Origin: Opitutales bacterium | Lineage (GTDB): Bacteria; Verrucomicrobiota; Verrucomicrobiia; Opitutales; PNEW01 | Assembly (NCBI GenBank): GCA_965219535.1 | Contig: CBDCNV010000001.1 | Span: forward strand, 240,001-272,000 | Reading direction: 5' to 3' | Length of the DNA: 32,000 nt | Shown here: piece after piece, positions 1 through 8,197 of the stretch | How positions within the stretch are numbered: position 1 is the stretch's first letter | Layout of the letters: each line of letters opens with the position of its first letter | Made by a program: the position numbers and the translations under genes | Notes under the pieces: model-generated | What the model saw: the letters and a program-made list of their open reading frames with translations, nothing else | Databases searched by the model: none | What the model was told of the DNA's origin: nothing

Positions 1-657
1 CCTGCGTTGCTTTATTTTATACTGGGGAACTTCCAGTATCGGGTTTTCTCCCACATATTTTTTCGACACGCAGTATTTGAAGAAAGTGCTTAGGTATCCT
101 CGGCGGTTATTCCAGGTTTTAAGGGAGAGCACTTCTTTTGAGCGATGGTGTCGTGTATCGAGGTAAGTATTAAGCTCAGCAGGTTGAATTTCGTTAACGA
201 TCCGTCCCCAAAAAATACCCTTTAATTTTTTCATCTCACGAGTGATGCCCTGCTTCTGGCATAATGAGATGATCCCGCGCTCCATTTCCTTGGACTTATG
301 ATCACAATACTCTCGAACGGCCTCTTCGACGGTCATTGTCTCAGCAGCTTCTTTATAATGCCCTAAAAAATAATTAACAGCGAAAGTAAGAGATTTATTG
401 GACTTGGCTTGGTTAAGAAGATTAATAGCTGAAATGGACTCTTTATTCTGCCCGTGGGTCAGCGTTGTCCAAACCGTCTGCCCTTCGGATTGTTCGTTTA
501 AATAGCGGATCGATAACCGCTGACGCTCGGCGACGGCATCGTTGCGGGACTTGAAATTCTTGCGGATCTGCTTACCATTCAGGGTGCCGGACAAGCGCCA
601 GGCTTCTGACCCACTAGGGTTGATAAACCTAGTGATCTTAAATCTCTGTTTTGCCAT
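1..657 (-). CDS. Tyrosine recombinase (phage-type integrase), N-terminal 219 codons; gene continues past the left window edge
   Basis: Absent from the ORF track because it runs off the window. The reverse strand is open in one frame from ATG (complement of 655-657) to base 1; I checked all 219 in-frame triplets and found no TTA/CTA/TCA. Translation begins MAKQRFKITRFINPSGSEAWRLSGTLNGKQIRKNF. It contains LSLKTWNNRRGYLSTFFKYCVSKKYVGENP, typical of the arm-binding plus SAM-like core-binding N-terminus of tyrosine integrases. The catalytic domain would lie outside the window. The start codon is 57 nt from the 3' end of a tRNA gene. Confidence 0.55.
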   Translation of the reverse strand, partial: MAKQRFKITRFINPSGSEAWRLSGTLNGKQIRKNFKSRNDAVAERQRLSIRYLNEQSEGQTVWTTLTHGQNKESISAINLLNQAKSNKSLTFAVNYFLGHYKEAAETMTVEEAVREYCDHKSKEMERGIISLCQKQGITREMKKLKGIFWGRIVNEIQPAELNTYLDTRHHRSKEVLSLKTWNNRRGYLSTFFKYCVSKKYVGENPILEVPQYKIKQRR

Positions 658-669
658 CGAAATTAAAAA

Positions 670-689
670 TTGCTAATTATAATTAGCAA
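670..689. promoter_or_regulatory. Perfect 20-bp palindrome TTGCTAATTATAATTAGCAA between integrase start and tRNA 3' end (candidate operator or promoter element of int)
   Basis: Read directly: TTGCTAATTA is the exact reverse complement of TAATTAGCAA. It lies 12 nt upstream of the integrase ATG, and its centre contains TATAAT on both strands. Confidence 0.35.
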
Positions 690-714
690 ATATTGACAAA
701 ATGTCGATATATAA

Positions 715-800
715 TGGTGCCCAGGGAGGGACTCGAACCCTCACGTCCTCTCGGACAACGGATTTTAAGTCCGCAGCGTCTACCATTCCGCCACCCGGGC
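715..800 (-). tRNA. tRNA-Leu, anticodon UAA, class II (long variable arm), CCA encoded
   Basis: The reverse complement reads GCCCGGGTGGCGGAATGGTAGACGCTGCGGACTTAAAATCCGTTGTCCGAGAGGACGTGAGGGTTCGAGTCCCTCCCTGGGCACCA. The acceptor stem is GCCCGGG/CCTGGGC with one G-U pair. The anticodon stem is GCGGA/TCCGT with loop CTTAAAA (anticodon TAA). The variable arm is a 15-nt TGTCCGAGAGGACGT. The T arm is GAGGG-TTCGAGT-CCCTC, followed by a terminal ACCA. Confidence 0.9.
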
Positions 801-880
801 TTATACTGACTCCTCAAACGTTTCGAGTTTTTTAAGCTATGTACAGGGGTTGGCTGAAGGCAATCAAAAATGTGTTTGAG

Positions 881-1027
881 TCCAAAGTCGAAGGTCCAAA
901 GTCGAAGGATGCTTCAGTATTAGTTATTTATAGTAAAAGACAACGCGTGTATGCGATAACAGCTATTCGCCATTGTCGATTTTTAGACTATCCACCTTCG
1001 ACATTCGACCTTTGACTTTCGACTTTT
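881..1027. repeat. Long imperfect inverted repeat built from GTCGAAGG/GTCCAAAG words, with an 86-nt loop
   Basis: TCCAAAGTCGAAGG is exactly duplicated in tandem at 881-894 and 895-908. Bases 885-908 are complementary to 995-1018 at 21 of 24 positions, aligned by hand. Confidence 0.8.
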
Positions 1028-1036
1028 ACATAACAC

Positions 1037-1666
1037 TTAACACTTAAAACCTAACACTTGGTTAACTCCTTCAACGCCGACGGTGAGTACGAGATAAATG
1101 ACATAGACGTAAAGTAGGACGGCGAGAATACCGAGGACACCGGCGACACCGGCGAATATTCCATCGTCTTCACTTAAGCCGACGCCGACGACAAAGATGA
1201 CCATTGCCGGTGCGGTGTTGGTCAGCGGAATAGGGAGGATCATGAGGCAGGCCATGATGAGGACGAGAAGCCCCAAGAGGGGCAGACCCAAGCGGCTGCC
1301 GATCCAACGCAAACGGGGTTTAATCAGGTGTTCGAAACGCGAAAAGAAAAGATTGGCGGCACGGACCATTTTTCTGAAGAGCTCCCGCTTTAATTTCATT
1401 TTCTTTGCCCGGCCTGGCAGCCAGGGGGTACTGCGACCGAAAATCATTTGCAGACTGAGGATGGCAATCAAAATACCGAAAGGTGTGCTGTACCCGGCGG
1501 CCGGCACGGGGAGGGCGCTGGGTATGGCCAATACTACGAGGAGCACCCCAAATCCCTTATCGCCGACTTGTGAAAATACATTATTCAAGGTGATGCCATC
1601 CGCATCGTCCAGGGATGAGAGTAGACGATTAAGACAGTGGGATAGACTTTCACGATCGTCGGGCAT
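1037..1666 (-). CDS. ExoD-like (exopolysaccharide synthesis) membrane protein
   Basis: A 209-aa ORF whose N-terminal cytoplasmic part ends in GDKGFGVLLVVLAIPSALPVPAAGYSTPFGILIAILSLQMIFGRSTPWLP, followed by further TM segments. This matches my recollection of the ExoD family layout. The last codons (NQVLGFKC) are encoded by an AACACTT word repeat at about 1030-1060. Confidence 0.55.
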   Translation of the reverse strand: MPDDRESLSHCLNRLLSSLDDADGITLNNVFSQVGDKGFGVLLVVLAIPSALPVPAAGYSTPFGILIAILSLQMIFGRSTPWLPGRAKKMKLKRELFRKMVRAANLFFSRFEHLIKPRLRWIGSRLGLPLLGLLVLIMACLMILPIPLTNTAPAMVIFVVGVGLSEDDGIFAGVAGVLGILAVLLYVYVIYLVLTVGVEGVNQVLGFKC

Positions 1667-1830
1667 CAGTTATTGAATAGCTATTGGCGATGAAATTTCA
1701 AGGGTCTAGGGTGAAATCAATTTTTTTAATTGCTCGGTGTTATATTCGTGCTCACACTGAATTATCGTTAATGGAATAACTTTGTATGCCCAGAGTATTA
1801 ATTACACTACTGCAATAAATCGAAGACCTC

Positions 1831-2424
1831 GTGAATATTGAGGGAATCAAATCAGGATATCTGGGCGGAACTTTTGATCCTATACACTTGGGCCACCTGA
1901 TCATTGCCCAGGATGTCTATGAAAAATTAAATCTTGAGCGTGTCTATTTCGTCCCCGCCGCGCAAAACCCCTTAAAAGATGAGCCGCCGACTTGTTTAAA
2001 TGAAGATCGTCTAAAAATGGTGGACCTCGCCCTGGAAGAGGACTCACGGTTTGAACGACTGGATCTCGAGCTGGAGACTGGCGGGATAAGCTACACGATC
2101 GATACCGCAGAGCAGCTGTATAAGCAGAATAATGATCAGCCCGTATTGTGGATTATCGGTTCGGACAATATTGACGATCTGTCACGCTGGCATCGCATTA
2201 ATGAGCTGGTGGAAATAGTAGAGTTCATCTGCGTGGCAAGGCCCGGGTACAGCGCTAAGACATTAACGAAAATACCGGGTTTGAACCTTCGATTTGTAGA
2301 AGGGCACCCGATCGAAATCAGTTCAAGCGAAATTCGTGATCGCATGAAAGCAGGAAATAATATCGATTTATTTTTACCGCCAAAAGTATTTAATTATATA
2401 CAAACTAATAAGCTCTACCGATAA
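1831..2424 (+). CDS. nadD: Nicotinate-nucleotide adenylyltransferase
   Basis: GTG start. Contains the GGTFDPIHLGHL (HxGH nucleotidyltransferase) motif and SSSEIR near the C-terminus. Length is 197 aa. Confidence 0.9.
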   Translation: MNIEGIKSGYLGGTFDPIHLGHLIIAQDVYEKLNLERVYFVPAAQNPLKDEPPTCLNEDRLKMVDLALEEDSRFERLDLELETGGISYTIDTAEQLYKQNNDQPVLWIIGSDNIDDLSRWHRINELVEIVEFICVARPGYSAKTLTKIPGLNLRFVEGHPIEISSSEIRDRMKAGNNIDLFLPPKVFNYIQTNKLYR

Positions 2425-2439
2425 GTTTATCACATTTGA

Positions 2440-2826
2440 ATGACTGAAAAGGATCAGAAGTACGAAACCCTGCAAGATATTGAAGCCTGCTGCCAGGCGC
2501 TGGATGATAGTAAAGCCGATGATATCCTCGTTCTTTACTTAGGTGAAAAGTCATCGATTACGGATTATTATATCATTGCCTCCGGTATGGCGAAGCCCCA
2601 CCTCAAAGCGTTGAGTCGCGCGGTGGATGAAATTCTCGATAAACGTGAAGTCGAGCCGCTTCTAATCGACTCGGATCCGAACAGTGGCTGGGTGGTCGTC
2701 GATGCCTTCGATTTTATGGTTCATATCTTCCTCCCTGAACAGCGGAAATATTATAGTCTCGAATCGTTGTGGAAGGATGCGGAGATTGTGGAAGTCAAAA
2801 GTCTAAAGTCGAAGGTCGAAGGATGA
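2440..2826 (+). CDS. rsfS: Ribosomal silencing factor RsfS (iojap-like)
   Basis: Contains DYYIIASG...HLKAL, GWVVVDAFDFMVHIF and RKYYSLESLW, and sits immediately downstream of nadD, which is the usual pairing. The C-terminal tail VKSLKSKVEG is encoded by the GTC-word repeat. Confidence 0.9.
   Translation: MTEKDQKYETLQDIEACCQALDDSKADDILVLYLGEKSSITDYYIIASGMAKPHLKALSRAVDEILDKREVEPLLIDSDPNSGWVVVDAFDFMVHIFLPEQRKYYSLESLWKDAEIVEVKSLKSKVEG
2791..2826 (+). repeat. GTCAAAAG/GTCGAAGG word array overlapping the 3' end and stop codon of rsfS
   Basis: The sequence is GAAGTCAAAAGTCTAAAGTCGAAGGTCGAAGGATGA. It shares GAAGTCAAAAG with 9981-9991 and GTCGAAGGATG with 901-911. More words follow downstream: AAAGGTCA, AAAGGTCAAAATG, then GCG-words up to about 2950. 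Confidence 0.8.
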
Positions 2827-2934
2827 TTTGTTCAAAAGGTCAGCCGCCTACGTCGAGACTACGGCGTGCCAGGAAAGGTCAAAATGTAGGATGCGTATAT
2901 GCGGTAAAGAGAATTTGCGTGCGGCGTTCATTCA

Positions 2935-2963
2935 TTGCGGAATTTCAGGTGCATTTATATAAT
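2935..2963 (+). promoter_or_regulatory. Candidate sigma-70-type promoter for the glycosyltransferase gene (TTGCGG, 17 nt, TATAAT)
   Basis: TTGCGG lies at 2935-2940, a 17-nt spacer at 2941-2957, and TATAAT at 2958-2963. The GTG start at 2975 has no Shine-Dalgarno sequence, so the transcript would be nearly leaderless. Confidence 0.3.
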
Positions 2964-2974
2964 TAAAACGAATA

Positions 2975-4141
2975 GTGAAAGTAGCACTCGACGCGCGTTA
3001 CATCCGAACGACTGAGACGGAGGTCTATCCTTCAGGAGGGGTCGGCCGTTACACCTACCATCTCATTAAACATTTCGTTAAGCTCGATCCCGAGTTAGAA
3101 TTGATCCTCATTGTCCCGTCGGGCAATCGACGTCCTATTGTTGACGACCTGAATGGAAGCAGAGTGAGGGAAATTCGTTTCAACGCGCCCGCACATTCAA
3201 CGCGCACTTTGTTTTGGCTTACCCGCAGTATAAATCTTGAGGGGGTGGACATCTTTCATAGTCCGTTCAACATCCTGCCGCGCGGATTGTCCTGCCGATC
3301 GATAGTGACCATTCTCGATGTCATGTGGTTAAGTCGACCTGATTACTGTACTCCATCCTTTCTTCTTCGCGTCGCCGGCGGTACTTTCTACCGCTTTGGT
3401 ATGAAGCATGCGCTGCACCACGCGACGTCGCTATTAACCATTTCTCACGCCTCGCGCGAAGCTATTACAGCCTTTGATCCGGAAGCCGGCCAAAACACCC
3501 ATGTCACGCATCTCGGTCTTGATCCGTACTTCAAACCTATATCACCGGAAGAAGCGGAGCGAGATACGGCCGAACTAATCTCCCCCGGTACCCCCTTCAT
3601 TCTTTCTGTCGGACAGGGTTCGCCCTACAAGAACCACGGCCGTGCCGTTGAGGCTGTTCTTCAAGCATTTTCCGATCGCACTGAATACCAGTGTGTCCTA
3701 GTACGACGATTCTCCCGTTGGGGTGATTGGGAAATGAAGCGTATACTTAAACGGCCAGATGGACAAAAGCAGGTCATTATACTTCCCCATGTATCAGATG
3801 CTCAACTCAGGGGACTCTACAACCGTGCGCGGATCTTCCTTTATCCATCGCTTTGCGAGGGTTTCGGACTCCCGGTGCTTGAGGCGATGGCCTGCGGCAC
3901 TCCCGTTATAACCTCAAATGTGAGTTCACTTCCCGAGGTATCGGGGGATGCGGCCTTGCATGTCGATCCCCTATCGACGACAGAGATCGCGGAGGCGCTC
4001 ATTAAATTGAATGAGGATGAATCTCTGCGGACGAAACTTGCTCAACGCGGTCTGCTTCGAGCACAAAGCTTTACCTGGGAAGCTTGCGCCCGTGAGACTC
4101 TTGAGGTTTACCGTGAGGTTATGGGCAAAAATGAAAAATAA
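2975..4141 (+). CDS. Glycosyltransferase, GT4 family (GT-B fold)
   Basis: Contains the C-terminal [28 protein letters not shown] (E-x7-E region) typical of GT4/Glycos_transf_1. Length is 388 aa, with a GTG start. Confidence 0.8.
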   Translation: MKVALDARYIRTTETEVYPSGGVGRYTYHLIKHFVKLDPELELILIVPSGNRRPIVDDLNGSRVREIRFNAPAHSTRTLFWLTRSINLEGVDIFHSPFNILPRGLSCRSIVTILDVMWLSRPDYCTPSFLLRVAGGTFYRFGMKHALHHATSLLTISHASREAITAFDPEAGQNTHVTHLGLDPYFKPISPEEAERDTAELISPGTPFILSVGQGSPYKNHGRAVEAVLQAFSDRTEYQCVLVRRFSRWGDWEMKRILKRPDGQKQVIILPHVSDAQLRGLYNRARIFLYPSLCEGFGLPVLEAMACGTPVITSNVSSLPEVSGDAALHVDPLSTTEIAEALIKLNEDESLRTKLAQRGLLRAQSFTWEACARETLEVYREVMGKNEK

Positions 4142-4173
4142 AGAAATCGAATTATTGCGTCTGCTTATGTAAA

Positions 4174-5199
4174 ATGAAAACGGTGGTAGTTATCTTTTTG
4201 TTTGCCGGCTTTGGCTTACTCATCGGCTTGATTGCATTCTATGGACTCGAGCGGGTAGTGGATGCCTTGACTTCCTCGGGATGGGGTCTTTTTGCGATCT
4301 GTTTATTTCATCTGCTTCCCATGATAGCGGCGGCGAACTGCTGGCGCCGACTCATTCCAGGGACAACCCGCCCTTCATTTTGGACAGCGTTCACGCTGCA
4401 ATGGGTAGGGGGTTCAGTGAACTCGCTTCTGCCGGTTGCCCAGGTGGGAGGGGATTTCGTGCGCGCAAGACTGCTAACCCTCAGGGGTGTCCCCAGTTCC
4501 ATAGCGGGCGCAAGTGTCATCGTTGATCTCACGATCGCGGTTGGAGCGCAAATAATTTTTGCGTGTGGTGGGATCCTCATGCTGACTCAGTATGATAAAT
4601 TAGATAACACCACATTCGCGGTGGGAATCGGTGTAGTCATACTCGGAATATTAATTACGGGATTCACTATCGCTCAGCGGGCCGGTCTGTTTTATAAACT
4701 CACAAAAATAATTGAGAAGACTGTTAAGGTGGGTGACTGGACCGCTATAACCGGAGGCGCGCGGGCCTTGGATGAGGGGATACAATCTATTTATCGAAGT
4801 CATAGGGAATTAATAATCGCCGCCTTCTGGCGCACCTTCGGGGTTATTGTCGGATCAGGTCAAATAATGATCGGATTACATTTTCTTGGACATCCAGTCG
4901 GTGTGATCGAGGCGCTTATCCTTGAGAGCATGGTGCACGCAGTAAGAAACGCCGCTTTCATGGTACCGGCGGCGATTGGGGTACAGGAAGGGGGGCTCGT
5001 TCTCGTTGGGATGATAGTCGGTATCGGACCCGATACCGCCCTCGCGCTCTCTCTTCTAATCCGTGCCCGAAGCATCGTTATCGGCATCCCCGCTTTAATT
5101 TACTGGCAACTCGTAGAGAGCCGTCGACTCATCGCCTGGCTCAACAAGGGTGCGAAAGCAAGTGCGGATACAGGAAATTCTAATGATTCCTTAAGTTAA
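4174..5199 (+). CDS. Flippase-like / lysylphosphatidylglycerol-synthase-TM-like (UPF0104, HpnL-like) integral membrane protein
   Basis: A 341-aa polytopic protein. The segment VNSLLPVAQVGGDFVRARLL and the later AAFMVPAAIGVQEGG match my recollection of the UPF0104 flippase-like domain. Confidence 0.6.
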   Translation: MKTVVVIFLFAGFGLLIGLIAFYGLERVVDALTSSGWGLFAICLFHLLPMIAAANCWRRLIPGTTRPSFWTAFTLQWVGGSVNSLLPVAQVGGDFVRARLLTLRGVPSSIAGASVIVDLTIAVGAQIIFACGGILMLTQYDKLDNTTFAVGIGVVILGILITGFTIAQRAGLFYKLTKIIEKTVKVGDWTAITGGARALDEGIQSIYRSHRELIIAAFWRTFGVIVGSGQIMIGLHFLGHPVGVIEALILESMVHAVRNAAFMVPAAIGVQEGGLVLVGMIVGIGPDTALALSLLIRARSIVIGIPALIYWQLVESRRLIAWLNKGAKASADTGNSNDSLS

Positions 5200-5242
5200 G
5201 TGGAAAGATACTTAATCAATTGCGAAATCATTTCACTTTTTT

Positions 5243-7921
5243 TCAATCACTATCCTTTTTATTTTTATCCTCGTTATTCAACCACTTCGGCAACCGCCGG
5301 GGTAAAAAAAGGAATGCGGGTAAGACGATCAAAGTGACAGCCATCGTAAGAAAAACGCCAATTGTGAGCAACTGACCCATACTTGAAGTACCGCGGTGGG
5401 AGAGGAAGGCCAAAGTTCCGAAACTGAAAATCGTCGTCAAGGCGCTGAAAAAGATACCCCGCGCGGTGCTTGTGGCCAAGAGGCGGGTCTTATCGAGTTG
5501 GGGATCGTGAAGCCTGTGGACTAAATGAACACCATTGTCTACGCCGAGGCCAAGCAAGAGGGGAATCGCGATAATATTGGCGAAGTTAAAGGGAATATTA
5601 AAAGCCACAGTAGCCGCACCGGTAATGATTCCCGCTACGATCAACGGCACTAAAACGAGGAAGGGATCAATCGCATTGCGAAAAATTAAGAAGAGAAGGA
5701 TTAAGACCAAGACAAACGCGCTCGCGAATGCCTGTTTGAATGAGGCAACAATTGCGCGGCCCGACTCATAGATAAAAACAGGTCCGGCGGTGGCATTTGG
5801 AATGACCGACCGGACTGCTGTGACAAAGCGCTCGAGTTCGAGATTATCACTAATATCCGTGGCCGGGAAAACCTGCATACGGTAACGTTCGTCACGGCTG
5901 ACCCAAAGGTCTTTGATCGAGGCGGGTATAGCGTTCAAGGAAAAGCTTTCAGTGGTTGACAGTGCGGTACGCAATTGTTGAACGGCAAATGGTAGGGTTG
6001 CAAGGAGACTAGATTCAGTATCGCTCATAATCGATTGAACAGTTTCGGGTTTAGATGAATCCAACCGCTGATTAAATTCAATGAGTGTCGCTTCCAGTTT
6101 GCGGAGTTGTTCGCTTCGCTCTTTCATGGAGCTGTTCCCGACAGTAATAAGAAAATCATTCAGCTTCTTTCTCTGTTCAATGGCCGTGGGTGGAATCACG
6201 AGAGAGGAATCGAGAATATGAAGACCGAGAATGAGATCGATCTCCCCAATCAGAATCAGTTTTTTCGCCTGATCATCGGGAAGGTAAGTTAGAATGGAAA
6301 CAACGCGATCAACTTCCGGGAGAACCTCCAGTTGCTCGCTGAGAGCTTTAGTCTCCTCTGCGCTCGAAGCGAGGGCGATAATCGTCGAAGGATGTTTTCC
6401 CGTGTCATTTATCATATCCATTAAGATTTGGACGGATTCAGTATGGGGATCACGAAGCTTAATCGGGTCGTAATCGAAATAAGCCTTGGGCAGTAGAAAT
6501 AGAGTACCCGCGATTATAAGAGCGGAGAATATACTAACGGGCCTGCTGTAACGAATGGGCAAACGCTGCAGGAAATTGGGGTCCGCCATTTCAGTATCCA
6601 CCGCGCTCATCATCTTCTGGGATTTAGGAAGGAGATGCAGCATGGCTGGTAATAGAGTCATGCTAATGATAAAACTGATGAACATACCGGTTCCTGAAAT
6701 AAGACCAAGTTCCGATACACCGAGATAGGCGGTGGGAACAAAAGCGTAAAATCCGATGGCCGTAGAAAGGGTACAAATGCCAAGCGCGGGTGCCATGTAC
6801 CTGATAGTATTGTGAAGTGCCTCCAGGCGATTTTCGCAATAAGTGGAGAAGACGTGATAACGGAGGCAAAAGTGGATACCGTAATCGACTCCCAGTCCGA
6901 TATAAAGGACGGCAAATGCGATTGAAATTAAATTGAGGTGACCGATGGCCCAGGTCGCGAAAGCTGCGGTGTAGAGGATTCCTGCGACAAGGGACACGAT
7001 GGTGGCGAAAACCATCGGAAGGGAACGGAATCCGATTAAGAGGGAAAGAAATACGAGAATTAAAGAAACGATACCAGCGATGGTTGAACCTTTCATTAGA
7101 CTTAAGATCTCTTCATGTCCGAGAGCTGGCGCGCCGGTAACTCTTATACGAATTCCCCGTGTACCGTCGCCGGCGAGAGCTGTCCCCCAGGTGTGTATAG
7201 CTTCGAGCGCGCGTTCGGCGGGTAAGAGCTTGTTGTAATCGAACCTGAGCTTGGCCATTATGAAACGTCTGCGATCTTTGATCTCAGAATCTTTGTCGCT
7301 TAAGATATCCTGCCAGGAAAGGTAATAGGGTTCGCCATCGAGAGTCTTGCGGAACGCCTTATCGATTCGCAAAAAGAACGAGTCGAGGTTTAGATTCTCA
7401 TCATCTTCCAATACCCGCACCGCAATATCCAGCAACTCGAATAACCCTCTGAGGCTCTGATCCTGAAATAGCGCGGCGAGAAAAGGTTGCGCCTTGGCGA
7501 GATTATCCGCGAGATCCTGGAGCTTTTCGTAATCGAGAAATAGAAGACCATTAAGCTCGATAAAGGGCCCGCCGGCAGGGAGGTAAGCGTCCTCGAAAAT
7601 ATCATGTTCACCTTTGAGGAGCTCTACCAGGTCGCGCGCGGCCTGATCCGCAAATTCCGGTGTATCCGCTTCAACGACAATAACTACATTACCGGCGTGA
7701 TTTGGAAATGCCTGCTCATAATCAGCGAAAGTTTTACGGAACGAAAGTTCCGGTGATATCATCTCCGCGGTGTCTGTGTTAATCCCGAGGTTGTTCCTTG
7801 CGTAGGTAAACGCGAACCACGCAGAGACAAATGCGAAAACGACAATTGCCCAGGCGCCGCGCGCGACGAGATTTGCCCAAAGCTGGTATATCTTGGAAAT
7901 TATTGATCGATTTTCGTTCAC
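5243..7921 (-). CDS. MMPL/RND-superfamily transporter, HpnN-like
   Basis: An 892-aa protein with a GTG start. It has two blocks of about 6 TM helices, each preceded by a large periplasmic domain. The N-terminal signature LGINTDTAEMISPELSFRKTFADYEQAFPN resembles the HpnN subfamily. The subfamily call is from memory, not from a search. Confidence 0.75.
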   Translation of the reverse strand: MNENRSIISKIYQLWANLVARGAWAIVVFAFVSAWFAFTYARNNLGINTDTAEMISPELSFRKTFADYEQAFPNHAGNVVIVVEADTPEFADQAARDLVELLKGEHDIFEDAYLPAGGPFIELNGLLFLDYEKLQDLADNLAKAQPFLAALFQDQSLRGLFELLDIAVRVLEDDENLNLDSFFLRIDKAFRKTLDGEPYYLSWQDILSDKDSEIKDRRRFIMAKLRFDYNKLLPAERALEAIHTWGTALAGDGTRGIRIRVTGAPALGHEEILSLMKGSTIAGIVSLILVFLSLLIGFRSLPMVFATIVSLVAGILYTAAFATWAIGHLNLISIAFAVLYIGLGVDYGIHFCLRYHVFSTYCENRLEALHNTIRYMAPALGICTLSTAIGFYAFVPTAYLGVSELGLISGTGMFISFIISMTLLPAMLHLLPKSQKMMSAVDTEMADPNFLQRLPIRYSRPVSIFSALIIAGTLFLLPKAYFDYDPIKLRDPHTESVQILMDMINDTGKHPSTIIALASSAEETKALSEQLEVLPEVDRVVSILTYLPDDQAKKLILIGEIDLILGLHILDSSLVIPPTAIEQRKKLNDFLITVGNSSMKERSEQLRKLEATLIEFNQRLDSSKPETVQSIMSDTESSLLATLPFAVQQLRTALSTTESFSLNAIPASIKDLWVSRDERYRMQVFPATDISDNLELERFVTAVRSVIPNATAGPVFIYESGRAIVASFKQAFASAFVLVLILLFLIFRNAIDPFLVLVPLIVAGIITGAATVAFNIPFNFANIIAIPLLLGLGVDNGVHLVHRLHDPQLDKTRLLATSTARGIFFSALTTIFSFGTLAFLSHRGTSSMGQLLTIGVFLTMAVTLIVLPAFLFLPRRLPKWLNNEDKNKKDSD

Positions 7922-7996
7922 TGGTTAGTCAGGGGTAATTTTTTTTAGAAACTTAGTCGAAAGTTACAACCTGCATCGTGCGATGAACGGTTGTTA

Positions 7997-8069
7997 GTCA
8001 AAAAGTCAAAAGGTCAAAAAGTCAAAATGGGGGAATGACGAGTGAACAGTGAACAGTGAATAGTGGATT
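7997..8069 (+). repeat. Modular word array: (GTCAAAAR)x4, GGGGG, spacer, (GTGAAYA)x3-4
   Basis: GTCAAAAA GTCAAAAG GTCAAAAA GTCAAAAT lies at 7997-8028 and GGGGG at 8029-8033. GTGAACA GTGAACA GTGAATA GTGGATT lies at 8042-8069. Confidence 0.85.
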
Positions 8070-8128
8070 TTCCGAGTGCATACATCTATTCAATATTTTG
8101 CAAAATACTGGACGATTAATTCATTCCT

Positions 8129-8197
8129 CCGCTTTCACGCATCTTCGCTTATTCGCATCTCCGCATTCACGCATCCTCGCATCTCCGCTTTCACGCG
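8129..8197 (+). repeat. TTCACGC/CGCATCTTCGC word array running into the stop codon of the aminotransferase gene
   Basis: The sequence is CCGCTTTCACGCATCTTCGCTTATTCGCATCTCCGCATTCACGCATCCTCGCATCTCCGCTTTCACGCG. The 19-mer CGCTTTCACGCATCTTCGC (8130-8148) is identical to 19271-19289. Confidence 0.85.

Noticed and set aside
693-715. Plus-strand TTGACA (693-698) and TATAAT (710-715) next to the tRNA.
   Set aside because: The spacer is only 11 nt, and transcription would run antisense into the tRNA. It is probably a chance match in AT-rich DNA.
1197-1676. Antisense or shadow ORFs from the six-frame track. Examples: 1197-1676(+), 4281-4526, 4308-4580, 5535-5771, 6999-7238, 10832-11056, 12470-12772, 15076-15354, 19353-19643, 21264-21551, 24099-24362, 26235-26513, 27181-27435, 27742-28113, 27887-28216, 29761-30015, 30410-30724 and 31667-31999.
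   Set aside because: Each lies entirely inside a longer ORF on the opposite strand or another frame that has clear family motifs. Their translations are Arg/Ser/Pro-rich, low-complexity and without recognisable motifs.
2769-2966. Short ORFs translated from the repeat-rich spacers (2769-2966, 19076-19267 and 19199-19417).
   Set aside because: They are made of the word arrays themselves (for example the RIHPYPLSRIFAST and HSRFHASSHSRLYA periodic peptides). They have no SD and overlap both arms of inverted repeats, so they are artefacts of low-complexity DNA.
5078-5085. Sigma-28-like -10 element GCCGATAA on the minus strand, considered because fliA is present in the window.
   Set aside because: It lies inside the flippase-like CDS. 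The nearest TAAA is only 8 nt upstream instead of about 15, and there is no downstream gene in the right orientation.
7997-8197. Could the short tandem word arrays here (and at 9878-10110, 13893-14000, 19097-19306, 28263-28311) be CRISPR arrays?
   Set aside because: The repeat units are only 7-8 bp or irregular words, with no unique spacers of uniform length between them. No 25-40-bp conserved repeat is present and no cas genes are in the window.
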